IMG/VR virus record: IMGVR_UViG_3300045941_000233
Span: 1 to 64,000 of that record
DNA length: 64,000 nt
Direction: 5' to 3' (one strand)
Source of the DNA: a virus
This document shows positions 30,529-39,417 of the stretch, piece by piece. The stretch's first letter is position 1. Every line of letters begins with the position of its first letter. Made by a program: the position numbers and the translations under genes. The notes beneath the pieces were generated by a model. The model saw only the letters and a list, made by a program, of their open reading frames with translations, did not search any database and was not told the origin of the DNA.

Positions 30529-30747
30529 TTATCTAAGCCGAATAATTTCGTCGATTTCGTCGGCCGAAAGCACCGGCCGCAAAGTGCAATCGCCGCTAAC
30601 GTGCACGGGTTGCGCCAGATTTCGCAAGCCGGCCAATGTTTCGGCCTCTATGTAATAGCGAGCCGCAATTGCCCGCATGCGGTTTGACGTGTTCGGCCAG
30701 CCGCTATCAAGAGCCGCTTTCATTTCGGTATAGGTCAGCGCTGCCAT
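30529..30747 (-). CDS. small hypothetical protein
   Basis: First gene after the leftward promoter; CCGAAAGGG RBS. Confidence 0.7.
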   Translation of the reverse strand: MAALTYTEMKAALDSGWPNTSNRMRAIAARYYIEAETLAGLRNLAQPVHVSGDCTLRPVLSADEIDEIIRLR

Positions 30748-30799
30748 TGTGTTGCCCTTTCGGTTTGCGTTGTTTCCCCGCGGCCCCTTGCCGCGTGCT

Positions 30800-30900
30800 T
30801 GTATTGTAGTGTTCGCCGCCGCTCTGTCAATATTGCAAATCGTCAAAAATTATTTTCGACCATTACAATATTGACCGGCGGCCGCCGAAACACTACCATC
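30800..30900. promoter_or_regulatory. divergent promoter pair (AATATTGAC...AACAC-TACAAT/TACCAT)
   Basis: Minus strand TTGACA-16-TACAAT; plus strand TTGACC-17-TACCAT. Confidence 0.7.
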
Positions 30901-30951
30901 AATGCACGGCCGCCAGATCGACGGCCGGCCCAACAATCGAAAGGGGAATCA

Positions 30952-31521
30952 ATGACAGCCCAAACTAACTCTGCCAAAATGGCAGCCGGCCAGAAGCTTA
31001 ATCGCTGGCAAAAGCTCTTGACCGCCGAACAAGCCCGAGCCCTGCCGCCCCTCTATTCCCAAGAGGGGAAAGGGTTAAATGCCACAGCTTATGTCAAGTT
31101 TTTCGCCGGTGGCCTGACATGGTTTATTACTGAATTCGACCCGGAAGCCGAAATTGACCCGTCGGCCGGATTAGGCCCACAGCGCGGCCTATTTTTCGGC
31201 CTGGTCATCTCGCCCAGTAACCCAAATGGCGAATTCGGCTATTTCGCCGCGGCCGAGCTCTGCGCCCGCCAGACACCATCTGGCCAGCCGCTAGGCGGCA
31301 ACCGCTTCCGAATAATCCCAGTAGTCGAGCGCGATCTACACTTCACGCCCAAGCCGCTTGCGGCCGCTTTCGCCGACTTTACCGGCCGGCAACACCCTAA
31401 AGCCGCCAGCAAGCCCGCCGAGCCGGCCGACGCCGCCGAGCTCGCCGCCGTGGCTGAATTCGACGCCGCCGAGCCGAGCCGGCCGGCCCCGGCCGCCGCC
31501 CCGGTGTCAAGCGACTTTTAG
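30952..31521 (+). CDS. DUF2958-like protein
   Basis: LPPLYSQE...VKFFAGG.TWFITEFDPE...FFGLV...EFGYF...EL...ERDLHFTPK. Confidence 0.8.
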   Translation: MTAQTNSAKMAAGQKLNRWQKLLTAEQARALPPLYSQEGKGLNATAYVKFFAGGLTWFITEFDPEAEIDPSAGLGPQRGLFFGLVISPSNPNGEFGYFAAAELCARQTPSGQPLGGNRFRIIPVVERDLHFTPKPLAAAFADFTGRQHPKAASKPAEPADAAELAAVAEFDAAEPSRPAPAAAPVSSDF

Positions 31522-31558
31522 GAATATTTGATTTCCCGAAAATATTTTTCGGCCGCTC

Positions 31559-31593
31559 AAATATTGACGGCCGGCAGCCGAAACACTATCATC
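31559..31593 (+). promoter_or_regulatory. promoter AATATTGACG-17nt-TATCAT
   Basis: Near-copy of the promoters at 30.87 kb and 1.84 kb. Confidence 0.7.
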
Positions 31594-31646
31594 AACGCAA
31601 CACGGCCGCCGCACTGGTGGCCAAAACAATTCGAAAGGGGAAAGCA

Positions 31647-32243
31647 ATGGCAAGTTTCGCAGTTAATTTTGACATGCCGTGGGTTAAGAGCCGCAAGCAA
31701 GCCGCCGCCGCGGTGGCCTATGCCGAGCCGCAGCCCGTAAAGCAGCCCGAGCCGGCCCCGGTGGCCGCCCCGGCGCCCGTTGTCGGTGAGCCGGCCAACT
31801 TGCTTGCCGACTTACTAAGCCGGCCTATTCGCTTTGTGGCCGCTGCAGATCAACCCGCCGCCCCGGCCGCTGCCCCGGCAGTCGCCCCGGCCCCGGTGGC
31901 CGCCCCGGCCGTCGTGGTCGTCGCCGCCCCGGTGGCCGCCCCGAGCTCGCCCAATTGGAAGGATCCGGCCGCCCCCTGGCGCCGCGAGCCCGCAACCCGC
32001 AAGCAACTTTGGAAGCTTCGCCACCTGCGCGACCGCGCGGCCCAGAACGGGATTAAGGTTACAGACGACGGCCGCCCGTTGAACCGCGGCGCCGCTTCCG
32101 ACTTGATTGACGCCATTAAGTCGGCCCTGGATTCAGTCGCGACCGCCGCCGGCCGCGGTGGCCCGGTGGCTGGCTGCAGTATCGGCCCGTTCCGCGGTGG
32201 CCGCTGCCTTGAATGCGGTTTGCCCCAAGCCGCCCGCCGTTAG
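31647..32243 (+). CDS. Pro/Ala-rich protein with PAT.KQL...TRG.AS.LI-type motif
   Basis: TTCGAAAGGGG RBS; PATRKQLWKL...LNRGAASDLID. Confidence 0.65.
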   Translation: MASFAVNFDMPWVKSRKQAAAAVAYAEPQPVKQPEPAPVAAPAPVVGEPANLLADLLSRPIRFVAAADQPAAPAAAPAVAPAPVAAPAVVVVAAPVAAPSSPNWKDPAAPWRREPATRKQLWKLRHLRDRAAQNGIKVTDDGRPLNRGAASDLIDAIKSALDSVATAAGRGGPVAGCSIGPFRGGRCLECGLPQAARR

Positions 32244-32372
32244 ATCGACGTTGAGACCGCCCAATACACCGGCCGGCGGAATGGAAGCCGCCGACCGGCT
32301 ATTGGCTGGCCTTTACTTTTGCCCGCCTGCGGAATGCGGCCCGCGATACAAGCCGCGCGAAAGGGTGTTTTT

Positions 32373-33494
32373 ATGTTGGTTCCGAAGTCGGTTTTCGCCG
32401 CCCGCAAGATATGCGACCGCGAGCAATCGCGCTACGCGCTTGGGGGGATGGAATTCAGCCGCGACAAAGCCGGCGCCCCGCTGGCCTGCGCGACCGACGG
32501 CCGCCGCCTAGTCGCATTGACTTGGCAAGAGCCAGACGCCGCCGAATATCCGGCGCCGCCCAACTTGACCGCCGGCCGCCGCGATGGCGCGCAGCCCTTT
32601 ATTCTGCCCTATGCCGCTTGCGATCAAGCGTCGAAAGTAAAGCTAGGCGCCAAGTGTAAGCCGATACTGCAGCACGTCGTACTACAAGAGCCGGCCGAGG
32701 GTGAGAACGATATCACCATTTTCGCGACCGACTTGGAAAATCGGCACCAAAACACCGCCCGCAAAATGGATGGCCGTTTCCCGCGGTGGCCTGACTGTAT
32801 TCCGAACTATGCGACTGATTCGATATCGATCGACGTTGACGCAAAATTCCTGGCGGAATGCGCCGAAACGCTGGCGGCCCATATGGCCAACAGTGGCGCC
32901 ACTAACGACCGCGCTGTCACGTTGACAATTCGCCGGCCCGTCGCCGATGAGAAGCACCACCACCTAGCCCCGGTTTTGCTGTCGGCCGCGGCGCCAGACG
33001 GCCGCAAAGCGCTGGCCGTTATCATGCCGCTTGGCCGCGGCAATGACGATGAAGCACCCCGGCCGCGGTGGGATTTCCACGCCAAGCCGGCCCCGGCCCC
33101 CGAGCCGGCCGCCGCTGTCGATCAACCGCCGGAAGAGCCGAGCGACTTGGAAGCCGAGCCGCAAGCCGGCATAGATACGGATATTGAGCCGGCGCCCGTT
33201 CCGACCGCGGCCCAGATCGTCGCCGCTTCGCCCGTGGTTGTCGAGCCGTCGCCGGCCGAAGAGCCGGCCGCGAGCTCGCCGGCCGCCCCGGCCAAGCCGC
33301 GGCGCCGCAAGTCGGCCCGGGTGGCCCCGGTGGCCGCCCCGGAAGCCGAGCCGGCCGCCGAGCCGGCCCCCGAGCCGGTTATCGTCGCCGAGCTCGCCGA
33401 GCCCGAGCCGCACCGGCCCGAGCTCACCGAAGAGCCGGCCGCCGATGGCTGGCGCGCCGCGGCCCGCCGTATCGCCGCTATGGCCTTTGTCTAA
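32373..33494 (+). CDS. DNA polymerase III beta-clamp-like protein (partial) with long Pro/Ala/Glu tail
   Basis: SRYALGGMEF...ATDGRRL, DGRFP.W...IP, and AVIMPL match the middle and C-terminal DnaN domains. Confidence 0.75.
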   Translation: MLVPKSVFAARKICDREQSRYALGGMEFSRDKAGAPLACATDGRRLVALTWQEPDAAEYPAPPNLTAGRRDGAQPFILPYAACDQASKVKLGAKCKPILQHVVLQEPAEGENDITIFATDLENRHQNTARKMDGRFPRWPDCIPNYATDSISIDVDAKFLAECAETLAAHMANSGATNDRAVTLTIRRPVADEKHHHLAPVLLSAAAPDGRKALAVIMPLGRGNDDEAPRPRWDFHAKPAPAPEPAAAVDQPPEEPSDLEAEPQAGIDTDIEPAPVPTAAQIVAASPVVVEPSPAEEPAASSPAAPAKPRRRKSARVAPVAAPEAEPAAEPAPEPVIVAELAEPEPHRPELTEEPAADGWRAAARRIAAMAFV

Positions 33495-33735
33495 TCCCAA
33501 AATTGCGTTGACCGGCGGCCCGTAGTCGCCGGCCCTTTCGGCCGCGGGGCTTGGCGCGATGGAAGCGCACCCCGCGGCATTTTGGCAACCGCCCAGCGCA
33601 GCCCCAGCAGCCCTGGCGGCACTGACCGCCCGCCGGCAGCCCTTGCCGTGGCCTGTCGCTTGGCTGTTGCCAAAATGGAAGCCGCCCTGATAATTTTGAC
33701 GCGCGGCACTTAACCGAAAGGATTACAGCCCCACC

Positions 33736-34491
33736 ATGCCAAGCACAAGCAAGCCGGCAAGCAAGCCGGCGCCGCCGATTATCACGCGCGGCATATCGAT
33801 TAACGAGCCGTGGGCTTGGGCGATCGTCGCCGGCCCAGATCCGGCCGCCGGCCGTGGCTGGAAGCCGATAGAAAATCGCACCTGGCCGACGGCCTACCGC
33901 GGCCCGGTGGCCATCCATGCATCGACCGCCAAGCGACACCTAACCGAAGAGACAATCGCTTTCATTTACGGCGCCGACTCGCGAATTATTCCGCGCATCG
34001 ACTCGCCCAACATCGATAAAGACAATCAGATTTTCCACTTGGGCGCGATTATCGGAACCGCCGATATTGTTGGCTGTATTGAATTCAAGCCGACTGGCAA
34101 CAATGAGCGCGATTGGCGCAACTTTGAACGAGCCGCCCGAGCCGCCGGCCTTGACTGGTGGCTAAACAAGTATCAAGGCGACTGGGAAGCCGCCGGCCGC
34201 GGCCCTGAATTTTTCGAAGACGGGGAAGGTAAAACGTGGTCAACCGACGCATTCTATTGGGCCGACGGCCCGTATTGTTTCCTGTTGGATAACGCGCGGC
34301 AATTCACGCAACCCATTGCCGCCCGCGGCCGCCTGAATATTTACAATTTGGCGCCAGAGGAAATAGCCGCCGTTGGCCGAGCTCTTCGCGCGCCGCTTGG
34401 CTGCCCGGTTGAATACCGCGCGAAACTAAAAACAGCCAAGCAAGGCGCCGCCGCGGCTATTGCTAAAAGCCGGCCGCCCGCGGTAGCCTAG
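33736..34491 (+). CDS. ASCH domain protein
   Basis: ISINEPWAWAIV.G.K.IENRTWPT.YRGPVAIHAS...GAIIG. Confidence 0.88.
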   Translation: MPSTSKPASKPAPPIITRGISINEPWAWAIVAGPDPAAGRGWKPIENRTWPTAYRGPVAIHASTAKRHLTEETIAFIYGADSRIIPRIDSPNIDKDNQIFHLGAIIGTADIVGCIEFKPTGNNERDWRNFERAARAAGLDWWLNKYQGDWEAAGRGPEFFEDGEGKTWSTDAFYWADGPYCFLLDNARQFTQPIAARGRLNIYNLAPEEIAAVGRALRAPLGCPVEYRAKLKTAKQGAAAAIAKSRPPAVA

Positions 34492-34566
34492 TTCTTACTG
34501 GCGACTTGGCGGCCCGCAATTCTAACCCGTGGGCGATTGTCGCCCCTGCCATAAGGATTAACCCTA

Positions 34567-34932
34567 ATGGCAAGAGCTCGCACCGCCCGAGTGGGCGCCC
34601 GAGCCGGCCGCGCGATTTTCCGAGCCGGCGCCGACCCCGAGAAAGCTATCGGCCAAGCCGGTAATGCCGTCGGCCGCACCGCCCGCCGGCAATTCGGCCG
34701 AGCCGGCCGCCGCGTTGTTGGCGCCGCCCGCCGCACAGTCGCCAATGTCGGCCGTAGCATCGCGAACACCGGCCGAGCCGCCGCCCGCGCTGTCGGCCGC
34801 GGCGCCCGAGCCGTCGGCCGTGGTGCGCTTCGACTGGCCGCCAGCGCGGCCCGTGGCCTGCGCGCGATTTTCGGATTTGGCCGCGGCACCGGCGCCCGCA
34901 ACCGCTTGGCACTTGGTGGCGCCGGCGGGTAA
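34567..34932 (+). CDS. Arg/Gly/Ala-rich basic protein ending in GGAGG
   Basis: TAAGGA RBS; 26 Arg versus 2 acidic residues in 121 aa; 9 nt from the next gene. Confidence 0.7.
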   Translation: MARARTARVGARAGRAIFRAGADPEKAIGQAGNAVGRTARRQFGRAGRRVVGAARRTVANVGRSIANTGRAAARAVGRGARAVGRGALRLAASAARGLRAIFGFGRGTGARNRLALGGAGG

Positions 34933-34941
34933 TCTCGCCGG

Positions 34942-35742
34942 ATGAGCTCGCCGGCCAAAAAGCCGCCGCCGAAAATCCCGCCGCATCCGCTGGCCGTCAT
35001 CCGCCGCGCCCGCGACGAATTCGGCGTCCGCGAGGCAATCGTCGGCATATCGTGCGGCAAAGACTCCATCGCCGCGGCCGAAGTCTGCCGCGAACATCTC
35101 GACCGCATCGAGGGCTATTTTCTTTACATCGTGCCCGGCCTGTCCTTTCAGGAAAACTACCTGGCGTACTTGGAACGGCGCTACTCGATCCACATTCACC
35201 GGCTGCCGCACTTCCAACTGGCCGCCATGCTCCGCGGTGGCACGCTGCGATTCAATCGCCGCGATTCGCTGGCCGCCGCCAATATCAAGCCGCGGCACAT
35301 CGACGCGCATCTCCGCAAAATCACCGGCATTCAGTGGATTGCGACCGGCGAAAAGGCGATCGACTCCGTGGAACGCAACGCCATGATCCGGAACGTCGCC
35401 GGCATCTCTTTACCCCGGCGCCGCATCTGGCCGCTGGCCTATTGGTCCCACTCGACCGTTTACAACTACCTGAAGACTCGACAGATCGCGCTCGCACCCG
35501 AATACTCGCTGTCGGTCACTTCGAGCTCGCCGGCGGACCGGAAAACGCGCTCGTTCGGCGGACTCCAATACCGCGACGTCTGCTGGATCGAAGAGAAGTA
35601 CCCCGACGACTACAAAAAAATTACGACGATGTTTCCCATGTTGCCGGCTCAGATTCTCCGCTACCGGCAGCGTGAAGAGCTCGAACAGCAACCACCACCA
35701 GAACAACCAGAACAACCAGAACCAGAGCAGGCCAATGGCTAA
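34942..35742 (+). CDS. PAPS-reductase-family (PP-loop) protein
   Basis: IVGISCGKDS PP-loop; G.K..DS..R; PLAYWS...V.NYL. Confidence 0.85.
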   Translation: MSSPAKKPPPKIPPHPLAVIRRARDEFGVREAIVGISCGKDSIAAAEVCREHLDRIEGYFLYIVPGLSFQENYLAYLERRYSIHIHRLPHFQLAAMLRGGTLRFNRRDSLAAANIKPRHIDAHLRKITGIQWIATGEKAIDSVERNAMIRNVAGISLPRRRIWPLAYWSHSTVYNYLKTRQIALAPEYSLSVTSSSPADRKTRSFGGLQYRDVCWIEEKYPDDYKKITTMFPMLPAQILRYRQREELEQQPPPEQPEQPEPEQANG

Positions 35743-36724
35743 GAAAAAGCAAGAAGTCCCGGCAGGAAATCCAGTCGCCGCGCCGCCCACTCCACCCGCG
35801 GATCATCCGCTCACAGAATCCACTGTTTCTGTTCAAAAGACGCGAAAATTCCAGGCTTTTGAGCGTATGATCGTCAGGCGGTCTGCGCTCCGCCTGCATG
35901 AAACAAATCCGCGCACGATCGACCCGCACGCTTTCCGCAAGCTCCGCGAATTCCTGCGCAAGCGCAAGCTGCTGGGAGCCCTGCAAGTCAACCGCCGGCG
36001 CGCTGCCAACGGATTCGACCAATCACAAGACGGCCAGCTTGTTGTCATCGGTGGCCATCAGCGCATCAAAGCCATGGACGATATTTCAGGATTCCCCGAC
36101 GCGGAGAATTCTGATTACGAAGTGCCGATCGACGTCGCCGAGCTCACGCCGGCCCAAGAGCGCGAAACGCTGGTCGCGCTCAATAACCCCGGCCTGCAAG
36201 GCGCTTGGGACTGGGACATGCTGTCGGAAGTCCTGACCGCCCCGGGCGTGGATCCGCTCGCCACCGGTTTTGATCGCGCCGAGCTCGCGTCGTTCATCGA
36301 CGCCGGCATTCTCGACCAAATCATCGGCGGGGGAGCCAGCGCGCAAGTAGCCGCCGAAACGCCCATCCTGGCCGATATCTCCGCTATCGCTGAAACAGGC
36401 CGAGCAGCCGACGCGGCCGATCGCGCTGCGCGCGCAACCGTGCAAACCACTGTATCCATCCCGCAATCGTCACCCGACGCGGCGCTCGCCGCCCAGCAAG
36501 CGGCTGTTGACGGAATGAAAGCCCGCCGCCAAGAGTATCAGCAGTCAGTGAACGCGGACACAAACACGGCCAATTTTATGATTGCCCTGTTCGCGGACAC
36601 TGAAGATGAAAAAGTGAACCTACTCACGCACCTTGGTCTCGATCCTGGACAGGATTTCTTTTCGCTCTCTCAATTCATGGAACATCTGGCCAATTCCGAG
36701 CCAGCAGAACAGCAGGAAGCCTAA
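35735..36724 (+). CDS. ParB/Srx-like protein
   Basis: NPRTI...L...VN...VIGGHQRIKA...LNN...G.WD...L. Confidence 0.85.
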   Translation: MAKKKQEVPAGNPVAAPPTPPADHPLTESTVSVQKTRKFQAFERMIVRRSALRLHETNPRTIDPHAFRKLREFLRKRKLLGALQVNRRRAANGFDQSQDGQLVVIGGHQRIKAMDDISGFPDAENSDYEVPIDVAELTPAQERETLVALNNPGLQGAWDWDMLSEVLTAPGVDPLATGFDRAELASFIDAGILDQIIGGGASAQVAAETPILADISAIAETGRAADAADRAARATVQTTVSIPQSSPDAALAAQQAAVDGMKARRQEYQQSVNADTNTANFMIALFADTEDEKVNLLTHLGLDPGQDFFSLSQFMEHLANSEPAEQQEA

Positions 36725-36978
36725 TGATGCTAGTCCTATCCCGATACCGCGATGAGCAGATTGTTATCGGCGACGAAATTGTCCTAACCGTCGTCGATAT
36801 CCGCGGCGACAAAGTGCGAATCGGAATCGACGCGCCGACTTCCGTTCCTGTCCACCGCCGCGAAGTTTACGACGCGATCAAACGCAAAGCCAAAGCCGAA
36901 GCCCAAACCCAAGCCGAATCTCAGCCGCCAGCCGCCGCGGCAGCCACTGACGTCGGTCCGGCGCCGTCGCTGAAGTAG
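36724..36978 (+). CDS. csrA: carbon storage regulator CsrA/RsmA homolog (copy 2)
   Basis: MLVLSRYRDEQIVIGDEIVLTVVDIRGDKVRIGIDAPTSVPVHRREVYDAI. Confidence 0.95.
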   Translation: MMLVLSRYRDEQIVIGDEIVLTVVDIRGDKVRIGIDAPTSVPVHRREVYDAIKRKAKAEAQTQAESQPPAAAAATDVGPAPSLK

Positions 36979-37039
36979 GCAGCCGCGAAAAATTTTTGCG
37001 GTCCAGTGGTCTCTAGGAAATTTTTAATACCATTTGGAA

Positions 37040-37909
37040 ATGGTCGAAAATTCTGAAAATTCTAAAAAACCTGAGAGAATTCAAAAAACGACCGGCAGTG
37101 AGCAGCCGATTCCCGGCCGTTGCGGCGCAAAATTAAAGAGAACCGATCCGCCTCGATACTGCATGAAGTATCCAGTCCAGGGGCGGAATCGATGCGAGCG
37201 CTGCGGTGGCAAATCTCCGCCCGCCGGCCCCACTCATCCGCGATTTGTTCACGGCCGAACGTCCAAGCTCATCCCGAAGGGCGTTGTCGGTGATCGTCTC
37301 CGCGAGCTCCTACAAGATCCGGACTTATGCAAGATCGATCGCGACGTTGCCGTCGTGCAATATCGCTGGTCGATGCTGCTTGAACGCTTAACCAGCGGAG
37401 AATCGACGAAACACTGGGACCGCCTGGTCAGAGCGAAGGACAATTTCCAGAAAGCCAACAAAAGGATTCAGGAAGCCAACCGCGAGCAGCAGGAAGAGCT
37501 CGCCAAGCCGGTCGATCAACAGTCCGCGACGAAACTGAACCGCATCGATGAGCGCGTGATCGCGGCCCGCAAGCAAGTGTCCGAGTCGCTTAGCGAAATC
37601 GTGCAGATGATTACCGAAGGCGCCGCCCAGCAAGAGCAATGGCGCGAGCTCGTTGACGTGACGCATCAGGTGGCGGCCCTGAAGAAAGCCGAGTCGGACC
37701 GCCTGACACAAGAGGGCATGACGCTCAACGCGCAAGAGGCAGTTATTTTAATGACCGCGACACTGGCGGCCATCGCGAAGCACGTCACCAGCGAGCAGGA
37801 GAAACAGTCGATCGCGGTCGAGCTCGCGCGAATCTGGCAGCAGCCCGGCTTGCCGCCGGCAATCCAGCAAACGATTGACGGGCATGTGAGCATAGCCGAC
37901 GCCGATTGA
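37040..37909 (+). CDS. HGGxSTG-like zinc-finger protein, probable small terminase
   Basis: RCGAK...C...GRNRCERCGGKS...HGR.SK followed by a helical region. Confidence 0.6.
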   Translation: MVENSENSKKPERIQKTTGSEQPIPGRCGAKLKRTDPPRYCMKYPVQGRNRCERCGGKSPPAGPTHPRFVHGRTSKLIPKGVVGDRLRELLQDPDLCKIDRDVAVVQYRWSMLLERLTSGESTKHWDRLVRAKDNFQKANKRIQEANREQQEELAKPVDQQSATKLNRIDERVIAARKQVSESLSEIVQMITEGAAQQEQWRELVDVTHQVAALKKAESDRLTQEGMTLNAQEAVILMTATLAAIAKHVTSEQEKQSIAVELARIWQQPGLPPAIQQTIDGHVSIADAD

Positions 37910-38009
37910 CGCAATTCGTCCGCCGGCCGGATATTGGGAATCGTTCCGATCGTTCCACTTAGCTTCGCTGCGGTGGGACTTCGCTGTGTTGACTCTGGGG
38001 TTTAGGCGC

Positions 38010-38050
38010 GAAGCCGGCCGGGGATGACGACTCCGGCCGGCTTTCTTTGT
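38010..38050 (+). terminator. rho-independent terminator between convergent operons
   Basis: AAGCCGGCCGG/CCGGCCGGCTT stem followed by TCTTTGT. Confidence 0.65.
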
Positions 38051-38136
38051 AAAACCGGCTTCACCCACCGGCCTTGAAGAGCGCCCTACTATTCGGCCTG
38101 CCGCAACAGCATTTGGCCGACGCTCTAGGTTTTGTC

Positions 38137-38409
38137 TCACTCCCCCTCCAATATCCGCAGGATTTCGCTGGCCAAGTCGCATCGGCCTTTTGCGTATGCC
38201 TCTGGTCGGAAGCGCTGCGCTTGGCACAATTCCCTCACCGCCTCCAATCGCCGCGCGTATTCAGGGGAGTAAATCTCATGTACCGCATCAACCGTGTCCT
38301 CAATGGCGCGTTCGCGGGTCGGGAAAATGAAATGAGGATCGTTCGGTAGTCGGTCCCTTAACCAATCTCGAAACTTCTCGTCGCACTTCAGCAGTTCGTC
38401 GGGTGTCAT
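38137..38409 (-). CDS. small protein, paralog of 38412-38699
   Basis: MTPDELL...PEYARRLEAVR...DLA..ILR.LEGE. Confidence 0.65.
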   Translation of the reverse strand: MTPDELLKCDEKFRDWLRDRLPNDPHFIFPTRERAIEDTVDAVHEIYSPEYARRLEAVRELCQAQRFRPEAYAKGRCDLASEILRILEGE

Positions 38410-38411
38410 GG

Positions 38412-38699
38412 TCACTCCCCCTCCAATAGCCGCAGGATTACACCAGCCAAATCCCATCGGCCAAAGTCGTACTGTGTCCGGTGATCGTTCCCTCGCTCAG
38501 CACGGCAGTACGCCCGCACCGCCTCCAATCGCCGCACGTATTCGGGGCATGAGTTGCAGGCGGCTTCTACGTACTCGGAAATTTCCGTGCTGCGTGGAAT
38601 GTCTCCCCCCGCAATCTTTCCGAGTGTCATCAAGTCGAGTTTGTCTAGCTTTTTTCTGGCCTTATCAGCCAGCGCCAGCAGTTCATCGGGTGGGGTCAT
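38412..38699 (-). CDS. small protein, paralog of 38137-38409
   Basis: MTPPDELL...PEYVRRLEAVR...DLA..ILR.LEGE; AAGGAG RBS. Confidence 0.7.
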   Translation of the reverse strand: MTPPDELLALADKARKKLDKLDLMTLGKIAGGDIPRSTEISEYVEAACNSCPEYVRRLEAVRAYCRAERGNDHRTQYDFGRWDLAGVILRLLEGE

Positions 38700-38761
38700 G
38701 GGTGGTTCTCCTTTGAAAACAACTGTCGTCCGCCGACGAGGGGGAGGTTGTCAGTCATCAC

Positions 38762-39208
38762 TCACGCTCCTTTCCTGTTAATCACTTTGCGCACTGTATC
38801 AATCGCATAATTAAGATCGCGTTGGTCGCGTGGCCCAGGAAATGTCGCGCGGCATAGGGCTTCATGCGCCACATCGCACGCTTTCGCGAGTTGCTCAACC
38901 TGCTTCCGCAGTTCGTCACGCTCGGCTTTCAAGTCCTGCGCCCAGCGAATGAACGCCACCGAGATTTCGCAGGCGGTGTTTAGCGGGTCGAGGCTGCTAC
39001 TGATTTGCTGCCTCAATCGCTTTACATCGTCCTCAGCGCCTATGCGACCGTCCAGGGCTACGCTTGTGGCGTCGATAATTGTGTGATCGAGGCTGGTAGC
39101 GTTAGCGCCGGGGCTAGGTGTCTTGTTTTGCATCGCTTCTCCAAAATCCGCCACGACTCTTCCTGCTCTTGGGTCGTGGTATATCACCGGCTGGATCCTG
39201 TCGGCCAT
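38762..39208 (-). CDS. hypothetical protein
   Basis: 148 aa; GGAG RBS. Confidence 0.6.
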   Translation of the reverse strand: MADRIQPVIYHDPRAGRVVADFGEAMQNKTPSPGANATSLDHTIIDATSVALDGRIGAEDDVKRLRQQISSSLDPLNTACEISVAFIRWAQDLKAERDELRKQVEQLAKACDVAHEALCRATFPGPRDQRDLNYAIDTVRKVINRKGA

Positions 39209-39417
39209 GGGTTGCTCTCCGCTTGCTCGACTCTCTTCGGCTGGACAAATTCAAACTGGCCGCTATGCGGGTTGTATTGGCCGTAGCCGTTTGTGATGAC
39301 AGACTTTTTCCAGCCGGCGTCCACAGTGCACCCGCCAATGAGTATTCCAAAAATCATCGACATTACGGCCAGAATAACCATAAAGGCAGTATCTTCGTCG
39401 TCCTTGGTCATAATCAC
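39184..39417 (-). CDS. small membrane protein
   Basis: Hydrophobic AFMVILAVMSMIFGILIGG. Confidence 0.6.
   Translation of the reverse strand: MIMTKDDEDTAFMVILAVMSMIFGILIGGCTVDAGWKKSVITNGYGQYNPHSGQFEFVQPKRVEQAESNPWPTGSSR

Noticed and set aside
34564-35310. 248-aa minus-strand ORF as an alternative to the Arg-rich protein
   Set aside because: It overlaps the PAPS-reductase-like gene on the opposite strand, whereas the plus-strand ORF has an RBS and operon spacing.
35670-35730. (CCAGAACAA)n short repeat
   Set aside because: It encodes the low-complexity PEQ tail of the PP-loop protein and is not an independent element.
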